64,000 nt of DNA from Octopus vulgaris (taxonomy: Eukaryota), in assembly GCA_951406725.2 (NCBI GenBank), contig OX597818.1:61814001-61878000 (forward strand), in the 5' to 3' direction. This document shows positions 25,215 to 38,790 of the stretch, piece by piece. The notes beneath the pieces were generated by a model, which was given only the letters and a program-made list of their open reading frames with translations, made no database searches and had not been told where the DNA came from. Each line of letters starts with the position of its first letter. Position 1 is the first letter of the stretch. Both the position numbers and the translations under genes were made by a program.

Positions 25215-25592
25215 GAATATTGTTGCATGGCATGTCTGGTTGTGGCCAATCAATCTGATGTTAGTGCAGAAGGCTCTGCCACGGGTCAAGCATGGGTGGT
25301 CAGTCAGGATTGAAGGCAAGGAGTTGGTTCTGGACTCCCATCATTTGCATTTTATTTGTGCCCTTGCAATCCTGTCTGTTTGTAGCAAGTGCACCTCTGT
25401 GGGTGCAGCTTCACCAGGCAGAGTAGTCTTGCACTTGCATTTACCATTTGACCTCAGACCCCTTCAATGATACTTTAAGTGTACCCCTTAAAGTACTTTT
25501 TCTGTCCCCATTGTGTGTGCCTGCCTTCTGCCAGTTCATTATGAAACAGACACTCGGGGGAGTCACATATCAGGCATTCAAACAAGGTGGAG
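25215..25592 (-). mobile_element. Decayed RTE-clade LINE, C-terminal ORF fragment
   Basis: Frameshifted translation HLV*MPDM*LP..LFHNELAEGRHTQWGQKKYFK/TLKVSLK...HPCLTRGRAFCTNIRLIGH resembles the RTE C-terminal pattern GHVxRMPDxRLPKxLFYGEL..G.R..GGQKKRFKDTLKxSLK...CxxCGRxFxxxIGLxSH. Confidence 0.85.
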
Positions 25593-26231
25593 TGTATATA
25601 CATATACACACACAAACACAATGGGCTTCATGCATTTTCCATCCACCAAATTTAATCACAAGGTATTGATTACTTCAGGTCTATAGTACAAGGGACTTAC
25701 CCCAGGTGCTATGCACTTGGATTGAACCTGTAACTACATGGTTGCATAGTGAATTTAACTATACTACCACCTATTTCTTAGGTACAGATACGATTGTGCA
25801 AAGAAGTTCAGATCTGCCTGCACCTATATTTGTGCATCTCTCTTCCTGTCTAAATGCTTATATTCTCATCTTATATAACAATCAGCGTAAATATGTTTAA
25901 ATTCTTGCAAGTAATTGAAAGTGATAAAGATAATTTCCAAGGAATATTTGAGATTAATTTGAAATGACGATAGGAAGAGAGGAAGCTTGATTTATCTACA
26001 AAAGGCAAGAGCCAGAATCACAAATATTGTGGTAGTATATGGGGGGGGGAAAAAGCTGAGCCAAATATGATTTTGAAAAATGGTTTTTGAATTAAAATGA
26101 AATTTCCGTAATCTAACTCCTTGAGAAACCATCTTTCATTTAATAAAGGAATTACCAAAACTTCAAATGTCATATGAATAAGTGTTTTGTTTTATAGCTA
26201 CATGAAGAAAAAATAAACTGGCACTTCAGTT

Positions 26232-26380
26232 ATGATGTGTGTTCCAGTAGATCCAATCAGTGGAACAGCCTGCTCATGAAATTAACGAGCAAGTGGCTGA
26301 GTATTCCACAGACATGCATACCCTTAATGTAGTTCTCTGGGAGATTCAGCATGACACAATGTAACAAGGCTGGTCGATGC
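26232..26380 (-). mobile_element. SINE family D tail X fragment
   Basis: ggaacagcctgctcatgaaattaacgagcaagtggctgagtattccacagac is the reverse complement of ~10200-10255. Confidence 0.75.
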
Positions 26381-26384
26381 ACAC

Positions 26385-26670
26385 CCCACACACACATGTA
26401 CTGCAATAACCTGGAATTCAAGGGGCCACAGCTATTTAATATCTTGCCAAAACGTCTGAGAGATCTACATGGAGTAAAGATAGAGGTTTTCACGAAACAA
26501 CTTGCCCTCCTGCTGCCCAAGGTCCCAGATAAACCCTACATCATGGCCAGAGACTCAAGAGAAGGCAGCAATATTAAACTCTGTCCTTCACCAAAAGCCA
26601 ATCTCAAAAGAATGGCCATTGAAAAGGTGATAACACTGGTGGTGCCCCAGCTTGACCTCAGCCTTTAGGG
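26385..26670 (+). mobile_element. CR1/L2-group LINE 3' end (post-RT C-terminus)
   Basis: YCNNLEFKGPQLFNILPKRLRDLHGVKIEVFTKQLALLLPKVPDKP fits the F.x.G/R..lWN.LP..l.....FK..Ld C-terminal pattern of CR1/L2-group ORF2. Confidence 0.75.
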
Positions 26671-29600
26671 TGAAATGAATAATGATGATCTTCTTTTAGT
26701 TTCCATTTATTAAATCCACTCACAATGATTTGGTTGGTTCTGTGCAACAGTAAAAGACATTTGCCCAAGGCGCCACACATTGAGACTGAACCAAGAACCA
26801 TGTGGTTGGAAAGAAAGCTCCTGGACCACACAGCCATCCATGAACCTACATGTGGCTATAAAATTAGATAACAGACAATAAGTTTGAGATAAAAAATTTT
26901 TATGACAATAGAACATGGAAAAGTATTAAAGAAGTTAAAATACTGCCGCAATCTATATTTGAAATGTGTTTAAGAGACAGGTACAAATGTAATGGTCATG
27001 GATGGAACAAGAACAAAAATCTTAATATCCTAAATATGGCTTCGTATTTTAAAAAGAATTTAATATTTTTTGTTTCATTTCATGTCTTTTTATTTTAGAT
27101 TTGGTGACAATAGAAATGCCTTGCTTTATTTTCTTACTGAATAAAGGCCCATTCACAGAAAGCAATGACAACTTGATATGGTAGATTTAAGAGGAAGGAA
27201 AGTGAGAGAGAGAGAGAGAGAGAGACAAAGGTGTGTGTGTGTGTGTATATATAAAATAGAATTGGATAAGAAAAAAAAAAAGAAACTAAAATGCAACACT
27301 AATCAGTTATAAAGAGAAAAAATAATATCAAAAGAAAACATGACAGGGCAGAAAATTGAAATATCAGTCAAAGGAACAATAAAAAGGTGGGTGGGAAGAA
27401 GACTCCCATAAGAATTATGAGAGTATTCACTTGCCAAGAATTTAATAACATCACCAGTATCATCAGTTATACGTGTGCGTGGGTATATATATATGTGTTT
27501 TTGGTGTGTGTGTGTGAGAGAGGAAGAAAGGAGTGATGTGTTGTATGTATAAATGTAGAGATAGTGTAGTGTGTGTGTGTGTCATCCGCAGAGCTTCAAA
27601 TTCTAAGTGTAGGTGAGGAGAAAATAATTATTTCAGTGGTTGTTCCTTGTGGTAAAAGACCTTGAATATAACATGATGAGATCTTGTTGACAGCCATATT
27701 GGTACAGTACTGGCTTCAAGAAAATGATATAATGGACACACACACACACACACATACGCACACTTTCTGTGTATGTGAGCACCTATGTGTGTGTGTGTGT
27801 GTGTGTGTCTGTGTGTTAACACGTGTAAGCAATATGTATGTGATTGTCTTGCTTTCTCTCTCTTTTTTATATCTGTATGTCTGTACAGCTGTTTGTCTGT
27901 GTGTATGCGAATTTTTATTTTCATCCTTTTTTTTTTGCTCCCCTCCCCTTTGACAGGTCAAGAGAATAATTGTGAATGAAAAGAGCAGTGGATTAAGTTG
28001 GAACGATTCATTTGGTAATTCAATTCTTGAGAAAGAAGCCTATCAATCGAAGAATTGACAGCGAATGGAAGTGATTAACTTTTTTTTTTAACCCCAAATC
28101 TACTCCTTGAGCAATACACACACCACACACGTGTATGTGTGTATATATATGTCTATATACATATATATATATATACACACATACATATGTACATACCAAT
28201 ATATCTAAACCTACACACATATGCATATACATAATATATATATATAACATATATATATGTATATGTACACGCATACACTCACATATACTCACAAACATAT
28301 ACACGTACATATATATGCCCACACACACACTATAAAGAAAGAGAACAAATGGAAACTGAGTAGTTGCAAAAGTATCTTCTGTTAAACGAAAATATATTCT
28401 CTCTCTGTGTTCTTGTATTGTACCAATATCTACAAGATCTGCTATCTTAGCAATCTTTCCACCACCCCGCCCACCCATTCTCTCCAGCTCCGCTCCCAAT
28501 CTTACATCTCGTGTCTGTAAAAATAAACTTCTAAAACGATGGCCGATTTAGTAACAGCCATAATATCTCTCGTCACCACTACAAATCAGATGTGTCATCG
28601 CTACTCAGATAATTCCTGCTTCGGCAGGAGCCCAGCCATAGTTCTTTCTCCTTTTATGCGGAAGCAGTTAGCACTTATAGACTGCTGTAACACTCGAACC
28701 AAACCAGAAATACAAACATATTGATTTGTGCAAAAGATGAAGCAAAAACAAACAAGTATCACCATAACAATTTATAAAATTTTCACACAATAAAACAATT
28801 CATTTCAAAGTAAGATAACAAATTGAATTGCAACAAATGAAATAATATATAAATAAATAGATATAATACATAAATTAATAAATAAATCCAGCAAAAAAAT
28901 TTGATGAAAATTGTTTTCAAATCTCAGTGCAAAGTTAGAGCAAAATATCAGATCTTACAATTAATTAATTTGAAAGTATCCAGTTTGATTGTTTTGGAAC
29001 TTAGCAAATTTATTTCATAAGATTACTCATAATTTTTTAGTTTTCTCTCTACTATGAAAGGTTTTAAAATCTTAGTTGTATTAGATAAATAGCCCTCTGA
29101 CAATTAACTCACCGATTTTCTTGAAAATTTCCAATTTTTTTTTTTTTTTGGTTTTGGTTTAAAGTTTTGGAAAGGAACCATATTTAGTTCAGAGACTAAT
29201 TTTTTTTTTATTTGAAAGTTCTGTTCCAGTTAGTCATGGAAGTTCATTTCTAATTTCATTAGAAGACAGATTTAAGCTGAAATTAATGAGGAATAATCTT
29301 TAACTCTTGATACCATTCCACCTGAGACCACCCTATTGGTTCTGTGATAAAAACTTCCTATTCTAAAGAAATCTAAATTAAAACTTTCTGTCATGATGCC
29401 ATATTAATTTATGTTCCAAACATCAGATTAATAAAGACAAGAATTATTTTTCTAAATTCTTCAATATTTTCAAAATTAATTCAAATAAAAGCATTGTCTT
29501 TCAACAGACATATGATAACAATAACGGTAAAGCGATCTAAATGAAAACTTTCTTTTCAAAGTCCATATGTTCCAGACATTGCATTGATAAAGAGAAAAGT

Positions 29601-29779
29601 TATTTCACCATTTGTTCATCATCTTCAAAAGAAATCAAAGCCAAGGTAGTGTTTGGAAACCGAATACAAATTGTGCAGCAAAATTGAAATATTATATAAA
29701 AGAGTTGGAAAAAATTTAACCCAAAAGTCAGACACATAAAAATAGTTAAATATGTGATTGGTGTTATTTTTTTTTATTA

Positions 29780-30074
29780 ATCCTTTTTGCCCCTTGTGGA
29801 GCATAGGGCCAGTTTCCCGTTTTCCTTGGCATACAGGTTCCCCGCCTGGGTGGGACACCGGTCCATCGCAGGTGAGCTGCAAGATGCAGGAGGAAAGAGT
29901 GAGAGAAAGTTGTGGCGAAAGAGTCAGCAGAAGTTCGCCATTACCTTCTGCCAGAGCCGTGGGGAGCTTAGGTGTTTCTCTCATAAACACACACATCGCC
30001 CAGTCTGAGATTCGAACCCGCGATCCCTCGACCGCGAAATCTGCTGCTCTAACCACTAGACCATGTGCCTCCAC
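29780..30074 (-). mobile_element. SINE with family D head/body and a V-domain-like tail
   Basis: Minus strand: tggtctagtggttag, gggttcgaatctc, body as in 9929-10115, then cctgcgatggaccggtgtcccacccagg (V-SINE-like). Confidence 0.8.
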
Positions 30075-30186
30075 TGATTGGTGTTAGAAAAGGCATTAAG
30101 AATATGAACCTGTTCAAACCTATTTCTGCAACTTTAAACTTTGTTACACGTTTCAACAGGACTGTTTAGATAGCACGATGATGATG

Positions 30187-30219
<33 letters not shown>

Positions 30220-30534
30220 GTTGTTATTGTTTCTCAGACATATCAAATTTGTGTAATTAGGAGAAAAATTATCATAATCATTGTCAGGATTGTTATCACC
30301 ATTATCACACTTTCTGCATATTTCCCATATGTCTGAGAAATAGTAAATTATCACATGATGATAATCATCAGAATCAGCAGATAGACGACAGGATGGCAAT
30401 GATGATGATAGCAGCTTTATGTATTCATACAATATATTCCAGGAAGGAAAGCTATTTGACATACAGACACACATATATATCATGCGAGCATGGAAGGCAG
30501 ACATTAAACGATGATGATGATTTATATCTATCTA

Positions 30535-30677
<143 letters not shown>

Positions 30678-31789
30678 GTATGTATGTATGAATGCAGCAT
30701 GTATGACTGAAAATAAAATAAAAATATTTAAAAATAAAACGTAAAAATAATAAATGCAATGGGAAGGAATATTAAAATAAGGAACAAAATTGAATTTAAA
30801 TTCTCTGGGCAAACAAATTCTGCTTTAATATTTATATAGTTTTTTAATATTTATTTTTAACTGTCATTGGTAAATATTATAAAAATGATTATTTGAAAAA
30901 TATCATCCCTAAGCAAAAATTGCAAAGACAAAGTGCCAAGCAAGTAAAATGTTTTATTCTAAAATCATCTGTATTCATTTTGAAGATATATACAGGTGAG
31001 GTGGGGTTGGGTCTGTGAGTGATGAGGACTAAACTCCTATGTCAATTAAATATTTATAGCCCTGGGTAGTTCAGTTGCTTAATAAAATGGAAACAATAGA
31101 AAAGTCTCAACAAGTCTCCATAAAATAACAAGGATTGCAGGAAATATTATAGCACAATCTGACAATTTAATATTTTAAAATTCCATAAAAATTAATCATC
31201 TTAATGCATATTTATCTGTTAAGCAAAAATTAAATAAAATACAAACAGAAATAGATAACAGAACGAATAAATGAATTCATTCAAATCTCAAATGGTTGTC
31301 TTAAAATGGAAAATTCTGTTGATATTATTCTATCGAGTTGAGGTAAGCAGTGCAACTTTGTGTATTACAGCAGTAAATTCTCGACAAACAATCTGGCTTC
31401 CATTACAAACTGAAACTGCATTACCTCACTCACATTTACTAATGTCCCAGTGGAGGCATGAACGTCAGAAATTTTCTTTTCGCTTCATTACAAAAATCTA
31501 TGGTTTAACGTTTAGTTAAAAAAAAAAAACACACACACACAAAAACAAAGCAACACTTTTGTACATTCCATTCTTTTATTCTAACTGGAGTAAAAGAGCT
31601 AGTGCAAAAGGTAAAGAGACAATGATGGATGTACGACTAGTTGTTGCATGTTATGTTTTGTTACTGGGAGTTGGTTGCTTGTCTAAGTCCTTCACCGTTC
31701 CACATGAAGATAGATGACTAGGAATTTGGGTTTTTCAGTCTAATAACTAACGAGATTTATTTTACTTACTAGCACTGTCTTAATGACTA

Positions 31790-32306
31790 TACTACCTACT
31801 ATCGCCACCGATACCATGGCCACCACCACTACTGACTGCTGCTGCTGCTGCTGCTATGAAAACAACTACCACCTCCACTACCACCACTATCGTTACTATT
31901 ATCTCTGCACCAATAACATTACCACCACCAACACCATCATCATCATCATCAACATCCTCACCTTCCTCATCATCAACACCACCCCACAATCACCATCATC
32001 ATCATTATTATCACCACCACAACCACCACCTTCATCATCATCACTACCATCACCATTGTCTTTACTACTACAACCATCACCACCACCACCACCACCCACC
32101 ACCACCACCACCACCACCACCACCACCACCTTCATCATCATTACCACCACTACCACCACCTTCATCATCATTACTACCATCATCACCACCACCACCACCA
32201 CCACATTCATCATCATCACTACCATCACCTCTGTCTTTACTACTATTACAACCATCACCACCACCACCACCACCACCACCACCACCACCACCACCACCAC
32301 CTCCAC
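31790..32306. repeat. (CAC)n/(CAT)n compound trinucleotide tract
   Basis: Seen directly; open in most frames because of low complexity. Confidence 0.95.
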
Positions 32307-33042
32307 CGTCTGGCAGTCTTGTTGCTCTGACTACTGAACATCTTTTGATTAACATAACACATGATAATTGGGTGCAGCTATGAGTGCGCAATGCATGTGC
32401 AGAGGTTGAGATGTTTGAGTTGTGGTGCAATGATTCAGTTGAATGTGGGATCACGCTGGAGATATGGTGGACTCCTGCAGCAGGGGTAGGAGGGATTGGC
32501 CTGTTTCAGGGGCTGCTAGGGGTATACGATGACTGTTGGTGGTGGGAGGGGAAGTTGTGTGTGTGTTTGTGTGTGTGTGATCGAGTGTTTGTCTATGTGT
32601 GTGTGATCGAGTGTTTGTGTGTGTATATGTGTGTGACGCTTAATTCAAGGGGCAAGCATGACCAAATAGGTTTGCCTTGCAATCATGAGGCCACCGGTTC
32701 AATTCCACTGCACAACGTCTTGAGGTTAATGCTTTCCTTCACAGACACAGGCTGACGCTAGCCTTCTACCAAAGTTCACCTTAAGTTACACCAGTCCTAT
32801 CTGAGAAATACATTAACCCTTTTGATACCAAACCGCCCGAGACCTACCCCTAATTCTTATACGCCCTCATTTTAAAGTCATCTAAATTAAAACTCACCCT
32901 CAAAATCCTGTGGTAATTTACGTTCCTAAATCCAGTTTAACAATGACAAATTTATTTTACAAAATTCTTCATTATTTTAAAAATCAATTAAAACAAGAAC
33001 CCTCAGAGAGTGTAAACCTCTGCCAAGGCAACACCAACATCC

Positions 33043-33225
33043 GTGGAGGCGCATTGGTTAGGGCAGCGGACTCACAGTCGTAAGAATGCGGTTTCAATTC
33101 CCAGACTGAGCCTTGTGAGTATTTATTGAGTAAAAACACCTAAGATCCACGAGGCTCCGGCGGGGGTGGTGGTGAACCCCGCTGTACTCTTTCATCACAA
33201 CTTTCTCTCACTCTTTTTTCCTACT
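33043..33225 (+). mobile_element. SINE family D head/body abutting a truncated HINE end (32992-33042)
   Basis: gtggaggcgcattggttagggcagcggactc...aaaacacctaag matches 9929-10115. Confidence 0.8.
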
Positions 33226-33589
33226 TCTGTCACAAAGCAGAGGAACCATGGTGGAACCCACTATGGTGTGGTAAACTTTGCTGCCTTATGTTATCTTAGT
33301 AATAATATTTATTTTACTTAAATTCTTTATTATTTCCCAAATTAATTGGAACAAGAGTAGAATATTTCAAAAGAAATGTGTTAGCAAAAACATAAAGTAC
33401 ATAGCTGTCTGTGAAGAACTTGGCCGTTTTTACTCAATAATGAGCCAGGAGTGTTCACAGACAACTTCTTACGAGGTCTCAAAGCATCTCATGGCCTGAA
33501 TACAAGACAAGGGATACATTCCATCCATCTCTATTACAATTACTCAAAGCTGAGTAGAGTTTGCTGGTCAGATTTAACAAGTAAATAAA

Positions 33590-33620
<31 letters not shown>

Positions 33621-33947
33621 CACACACACGCACACACACACACACACGCACACACACACAAAGGTCTTTAGCATTAGATGTACTTCAGTTATGAATTAAG
33701 CTCTCGCAATTTAAAGATTTGCATTCAGTAATTGTGATGATAATCAATACAAACACACAAACATAACATATACATAATATATATAATATACATCAACACA
33801 CACACACGCACACACACACACACATAGGCACATGCACATACATACATGATTGTGGATATTGGAAAGTTCAATGCCTCTGTGTGACTAATAGGTTTGTCCT
33901 GGACTACTTTGCAAATGTATTGAATTCTCTCTTTGATGTAGTCATAT

Positions 33948-34023
<76 letters not shown>

Positions 34024-34299
34024 TATTAAAAAAAAGACAGAGAAAGAGAGAGAGTAAGTAGTCTGTTACAATGTGGATAGCATTAATTTTTTTTTCCTAA
34101 TTTGTTCCATTCTGTACCCAGAACCTGATAAGGAAAGGGTGGGGTTTATTGATCTGATGTATCTACTCGTGTCTCTTTGTACAAGACAGTTCTTCAGTTT
34201 ATTCTTGCTATCAGAGCCAAGGCCATGCTACAGCTTTCATATTCTGTGTATTACATTTTTTTCCCTCCTCTTTGTGTTGTGTAAACACTGGTATCTCAT

Positions 34300-34600
34300 A
34301 CCATCACATTCTACATTCATGGGTTTTGTATTCAGCCTTTGGACTGCAGCTATTCAGGATGGGGTCCACCCCAACCTTCAAAAGGTTCCCTCGGTAGATT
34401 ATATCGATCTCAGTACTTTGTCCGCTACCCATTTCATAATTCTTGCGAAATGTGATAAATGCATAGGAGACATCAACATGACAGAAAATAAATCGGATAA
34501 CGACACAACGGGGGAGTCCTGCTTCAATGGAGCATTCTACACCCAAGCCCGATGTAAACATACATTAAAGAATGCATATACACGCCTGATGGCTCACTGC
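34300..34600 (-). pseudogene. Possible decayed RRM-domain coding fragment
   Basis: With frameshifts: YVYIG/GLGVECSIE (RNP2-like)...VSYAFITF (RNP1-like)...VADKVLRS/IIYRGNLLKVG (helix 2/beta 4-like). Confidence 0.4.
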
Positions 34601-34611
34601 AAAGCTTGACA

Positions 34612-34612
34612 A

Positions 34613-34663
<51 letters not shown>

Positions 34664-34791
34664 TTAACGTCCGCTTTCCATGCTAGCATGGGTTGGACGG
34701 TTCAACTGGTGTCTGGGGAGCCCGAAGGCTGCACCAGGCTCCAGTCTGACCTGGCAGTGTTTCTACAGCTGGATGCCCTTCCTAACGCCAA
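34612..34791 (-). mobile_element. Family B short 3' copy
   Basis: (CAT)n followed by ttaacgtccgctttccatgctagcatggg...cctaacgccaa. Confidence 0.9.
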
Positions 34792-34805
34792 TGTATATAA
34801 TGCTC

Positions 34806-34990
34806 AGCCTGGCATGAGATCTCACGTAGATTTTTTTAAACCAGACATACTTTTAAAAGGACAGCCACATAAATTGCACATTAGTTTTGGTGCAGCCTTC
34901 GACTGGCCATGTTCTTGATGTTCTTGATGAACCTTGAAATGATTCTTCAGGTTTCTTTGAGATTTCCAGATCCTGTGGCATTGGAAAGGA
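34806..34990 (-). pseudogene. Two decayed C2H2-type zinc fingers (RTE C-terminus or part of an RRM/ZF pseudogene)
   Basis: FQCHRIWKSQRNLKNHFKVH...KLMCNLCGCPFKSMSGLKK/YVRSH with one frameshift. Confidence 0.6.
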
Positions 34991-35090
34991 AATACAATAA
35001 TCTGCTACAATTAGTTGGAAGTATTCTATTATGCGCTCATTTATGAGATTTTGCCACAAAATACACATACATACATACATGCATTCATAT

Positions 35091-35325
35091 ATGATGATGA
35101 TGGCTGCCCCCTCGTTATCGAGTATGGCCATTGCACGAAGCTTAACTGTTACTGGTGCTGTGATCGAATGTGACTTTTTAGCCCAGCTAAAGATCTACAA
35201 TGTCTTGTACAGAATTGGCAACTAAATCCTTTACCGGCTGCAGTTGTAACTGGGCTTCATGTACCTTTGCATGTCGTTTAAGTCCTCCTGCCGAATCACA
35301 CTCTCTTCCACATGCCTGACAGATA
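35091..35325 (-). mobile_element. RTE-clade LINE 3' end with two C2H2-like motifs and a (CAT)n tail
   Basis: ICQACGRECDSAGGLKRHAKVH, frameshift, GFSCQFCTRHCRSLAGLKSHIRSQHQ*, short 3' UTR gccatactcgataacgagggggcagcc(atc)n. Confidence 0.8.
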
Positions 35326-35406
35326 TGATTAGTATACATACATACATAGATATATATGTGTGTGTGTGTGTGTGTTGGTGTACATATAATGGATACCCTT
35401 TCTAAC

Positions 35407-35660
35407 GTAAAGGCTATCTGCCAACATAATGTGGCTGTCCTGGAAGGGACAATGTTACTGCTATTTAGCCCCGGGAAGCATCACTTCCAGCTGGCTATAT
35501 GACACAATATCTGTGTCCTTATATTTTCGAACAGAGAGCTCAGCAATATATATATATAGGGAGAGTTTACGGAAAAAAGCAAAAGACGAAGACAGGTGGT
35601 GTACAAAGCAAACGGATATATTAGTATAATGCTCAGGAATAGAAAATAGATTTCTATTTC

Positions 35661-35710
<50 letters not shown>

Positions 35711-36217
35711 TCAACTGAAATTGTGAGGATGATCTGGTTCTTGACTGAAGATAAAAGGCTTTGAATGACCCATCCATGTTTTTTGTATCGTCTATCTAGA
35801 TGTTTTGTTGTCCCTTTTTGTATCACTTAGTTGTCCGGATGTTTTGCGTTCTTGTCCCATTTTATATTTTATTTTATTTTATATATATATATAATAGAAA
35901 TATGTTTCAAAAAGAAAATAGAAACAACACGTGGAAAAGATATGAGGAAACTAAGAAGAAAAAAAGCGAAAATGCACATGGAATATAAAAAAAAATAAAG
36001 GCTTTTTTATGAAAAGTAGCGATAAATAAAGACAATTTGATGAAGTGAGGTAGAATTAAGAGGAATTAAATTCATTATTTTGAATTGTTAAAGAGATTCA
36101 AAGACGAACTGGTATCGTCATTGCTGTTCACAGATATTGTGTCATATAGGCAGCTGGAAATAATGTAGCATTCGTCCCTTCCAGGACAGTCACATTATGT
36201 TGCCAAATAGCTTTTAC
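35407..36217. repeat. Inverted repeat pair (35407-35515 / 36129-36217)
   Basis: caacataatgtggctgtcctggaagggac...ttccagctggctatatgacacaatatctgtg is mirrored by cacagatattgtgtcatataggcagctggaa...gtcccttccaggacagtcacattatgttg. Confidence 0.85.
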
Positions 36218-36631
36218 TTTAAAGAACTGTTACTGAATATCTCTCTTTGAGGGATTTAGAAATAACAATATTTCTATCCCCTTTCTAATGCCAACCACTT
36301 TACATTCTGTATAGTGAGTGGCATTAGAAAGGGTATCCTGTTATAAAAACTGTGCTGAAGCAGGAATTGGAACTTGGAGCAGTCATCTGACTCATTGCTT
36401 CCCCACAGACTTTCCAATCATGTTAGAATGGAAAATGGACGTTTCCCATACACACACACACACACACATTATCCCTTTGTACTCTGCCTCTTCCATCATG
36501 GTGTCTGTCTTAAGAGAGCTTGATGCCAAATCTTTCCATATTCATTCACTACGTCTGCCATCCCTCAATCTTCCCTCCATTATGTCACTTCATTCATATC
36601 TATCACTCTCACTTCTTATCAACCATCTTTA

Positions 36632-36671
<40 letters not shown>

Positions 36672-38284
36672 AAATTCGTTTTTATTGCTTGGTTCTCCAT
36701 CCCCCAGCTGATACTGGTTTTCTGCCAGGTTCATTCTGCTTGCCAACAACCATGAAACCACTGTCAGTCTTTCATTGCTCTCTCTCCTACCATCCACTTG
36801 TTCCTATCACACACACACACACGTTCTCTCTCTTTCTCTCTCATTTGTTTTGTCAGTCAGGTTTACCTTAAACAAATGGAGACAGAGTCAAGAAGATCCT
36901 CCGAGTCATGCAGGAGACAAGGCAACTTCTTTAATGCTGGTGCCATGATAAAAATGGATGAAAGACGGAAAGAACTGCAGCAGGAATTAAACTGACCATG
37001 TAAAGAGGTGGAACTAAAAATCATAGAATCTTTAATTCAGCGCTTTACCATTTTCACTCCATGTTTTCTTATTTTATGAATTCTGTAATATGTTTTAAGT
37101 AATATCTATAGGGAAAGAGTGTGTGAGAAAGAAAGAGAGAGGGTAGAAGTGATAGAGAGAGATAAAGACAGAGAGAGCAAAAGAGGGAAAGAGAGAGAGC
37201 AGAAGAAAGAAAGAAAGAGGAAGAGAAAGAAAGAGAGATGCAGCTGGTTACATTATTAGATCGAAAGTAAAGAATGAAACGATATTTCAGAAAGCTACAT
37301 GTGATTATTGCACTGGTAACTGGAGTTGATCTCTTTTATGGAAAGCGAGATGCTTGTTCCTGAATCCATGATTGAAATTCTTCAGCAGCTGTTGGGGTGT
37401 GATGAGAGAAAATGTGATTGTGGTGTTGTCAGATGAGAATATCATGTGTAAAATGTGCAGAAAAGTTGTGATTCGGAGCATATAGATGTTGAAAGGGGTG
37501 GTTGATTAGACCGATCAATGTGTAACCATGTTAGCGAAACCAATGATCTGGGAGAAATTCTGCAGTTAAATCATCATACACAGGCCTGGCATCCCATAAT
37601 ATGTAAGATTATGAAAACTCAGATATAAATAGGTTTCTCTCTTTGTAAGAACATAAGAGATTTAATTGGCACACTTTCAGCTACATTAGGTCTAAAGAAG
37701 AAAAAAAAATATATTTGTTTCTGGCTTCAAAGAAATAACAAGAGGGAATATGTTATATTTCCTCTCCCATTTCAACCACGAAATATTGAATTTGGAAATC
37801 TGTTTGCTACTTGAAACCAAATGATTCTAGTATTAGATTTAGCCGAAAACTTAAGACTTCAATAATCTATTAGACTATGCTTCAGAATCCAACAAGAAAT
37901 GGAGCTCCAGTTTGGAAATATGTGCTGATAAAATGCGAAAAGTATATTAAAGAGATCTATGCTATGACGCTATGAAGATTCAATTCAAGTTTGGGGTTTT
38001 CAAGAGCAGTAGTTTACAGTCAGCAGTGTGTGGTTCTAAATCTAAAATCCTCGCCACTGCTTTCGACTATCTGTGACTTTGCACCCAGCATCAGGAATGA
38101 TATCTATAACTGATCAATAATTTATTCTATCAGGCAGAAAAGATTAACAATGCGAAGCAAATATATCAACATTAATGCTATGCCAAAAGGTTTGGAATCA
38201 AATTCTTCTGGGGAAGATTTTATCGAGTTTTATTTATTTTATTCTGAGAACAAGACAAAATTTAAGCAATTCAGCCTTAACCAT

Positions 38285-38493
38285 TATGTGTGTGTGTGGT
38301 GGGATATATGTACATATATATACATATATATACATACATATACATACATACATATACATGCATGTATATACATAAATGTATATACATACATGTATATACA
38401 TACATATACATACATACATACATATTTATACATACACATACATATATATGTATATACATATATATGTATATACATATTTATACATACATAGAT

Positions 38494-38528
<35 letters not shown>

Positions 38529-38644
38529 CATATATATACCAACATACATATATATATTCATATATATATATATACATATATATACCGACATACATATATA
38601 TATTCATACATATATATACATACATTTATACACATATACATACA

Positions 38645-38684
<40 letters not shown>

Positions 38685-38790
38685 AGCATGGAAAATGGGC
38701 ATTAAATGATTATATATATATATATTTATATGCGTATGTGTGTGTGTAAGCAGACACACACACATACATATCACAGACAGACACATGCAT
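38285..38790. repeat. Degenerate (TA)/(CATA)n microsatellite
   Basis: Seen directly in the sequence. Confidence 0.95.

Noticed and set aside
31271-31348. ATG-initiated exon ending at a strong donor gag|gtaagc
   Set aside because: No recognisable protein, no partner exon, and such signals are frequent by chance.
31783-32454. Mucin-like or Pro/His-rich proteins
   Set aside because: A (CAC/CAT)n tract open in most frames, with no splice or domain support.
34073-34609. 178-aa plus-strand ORF
   Set aside because: No recognisable domain; the motif-like signal is on the opposite strand.
35707-35875. Further hammerhead candidate (CUGAAGA at 35745-51) in a (TA)n-flanked element
   Set aside because: No GAAA box or convincing stems in this copy.
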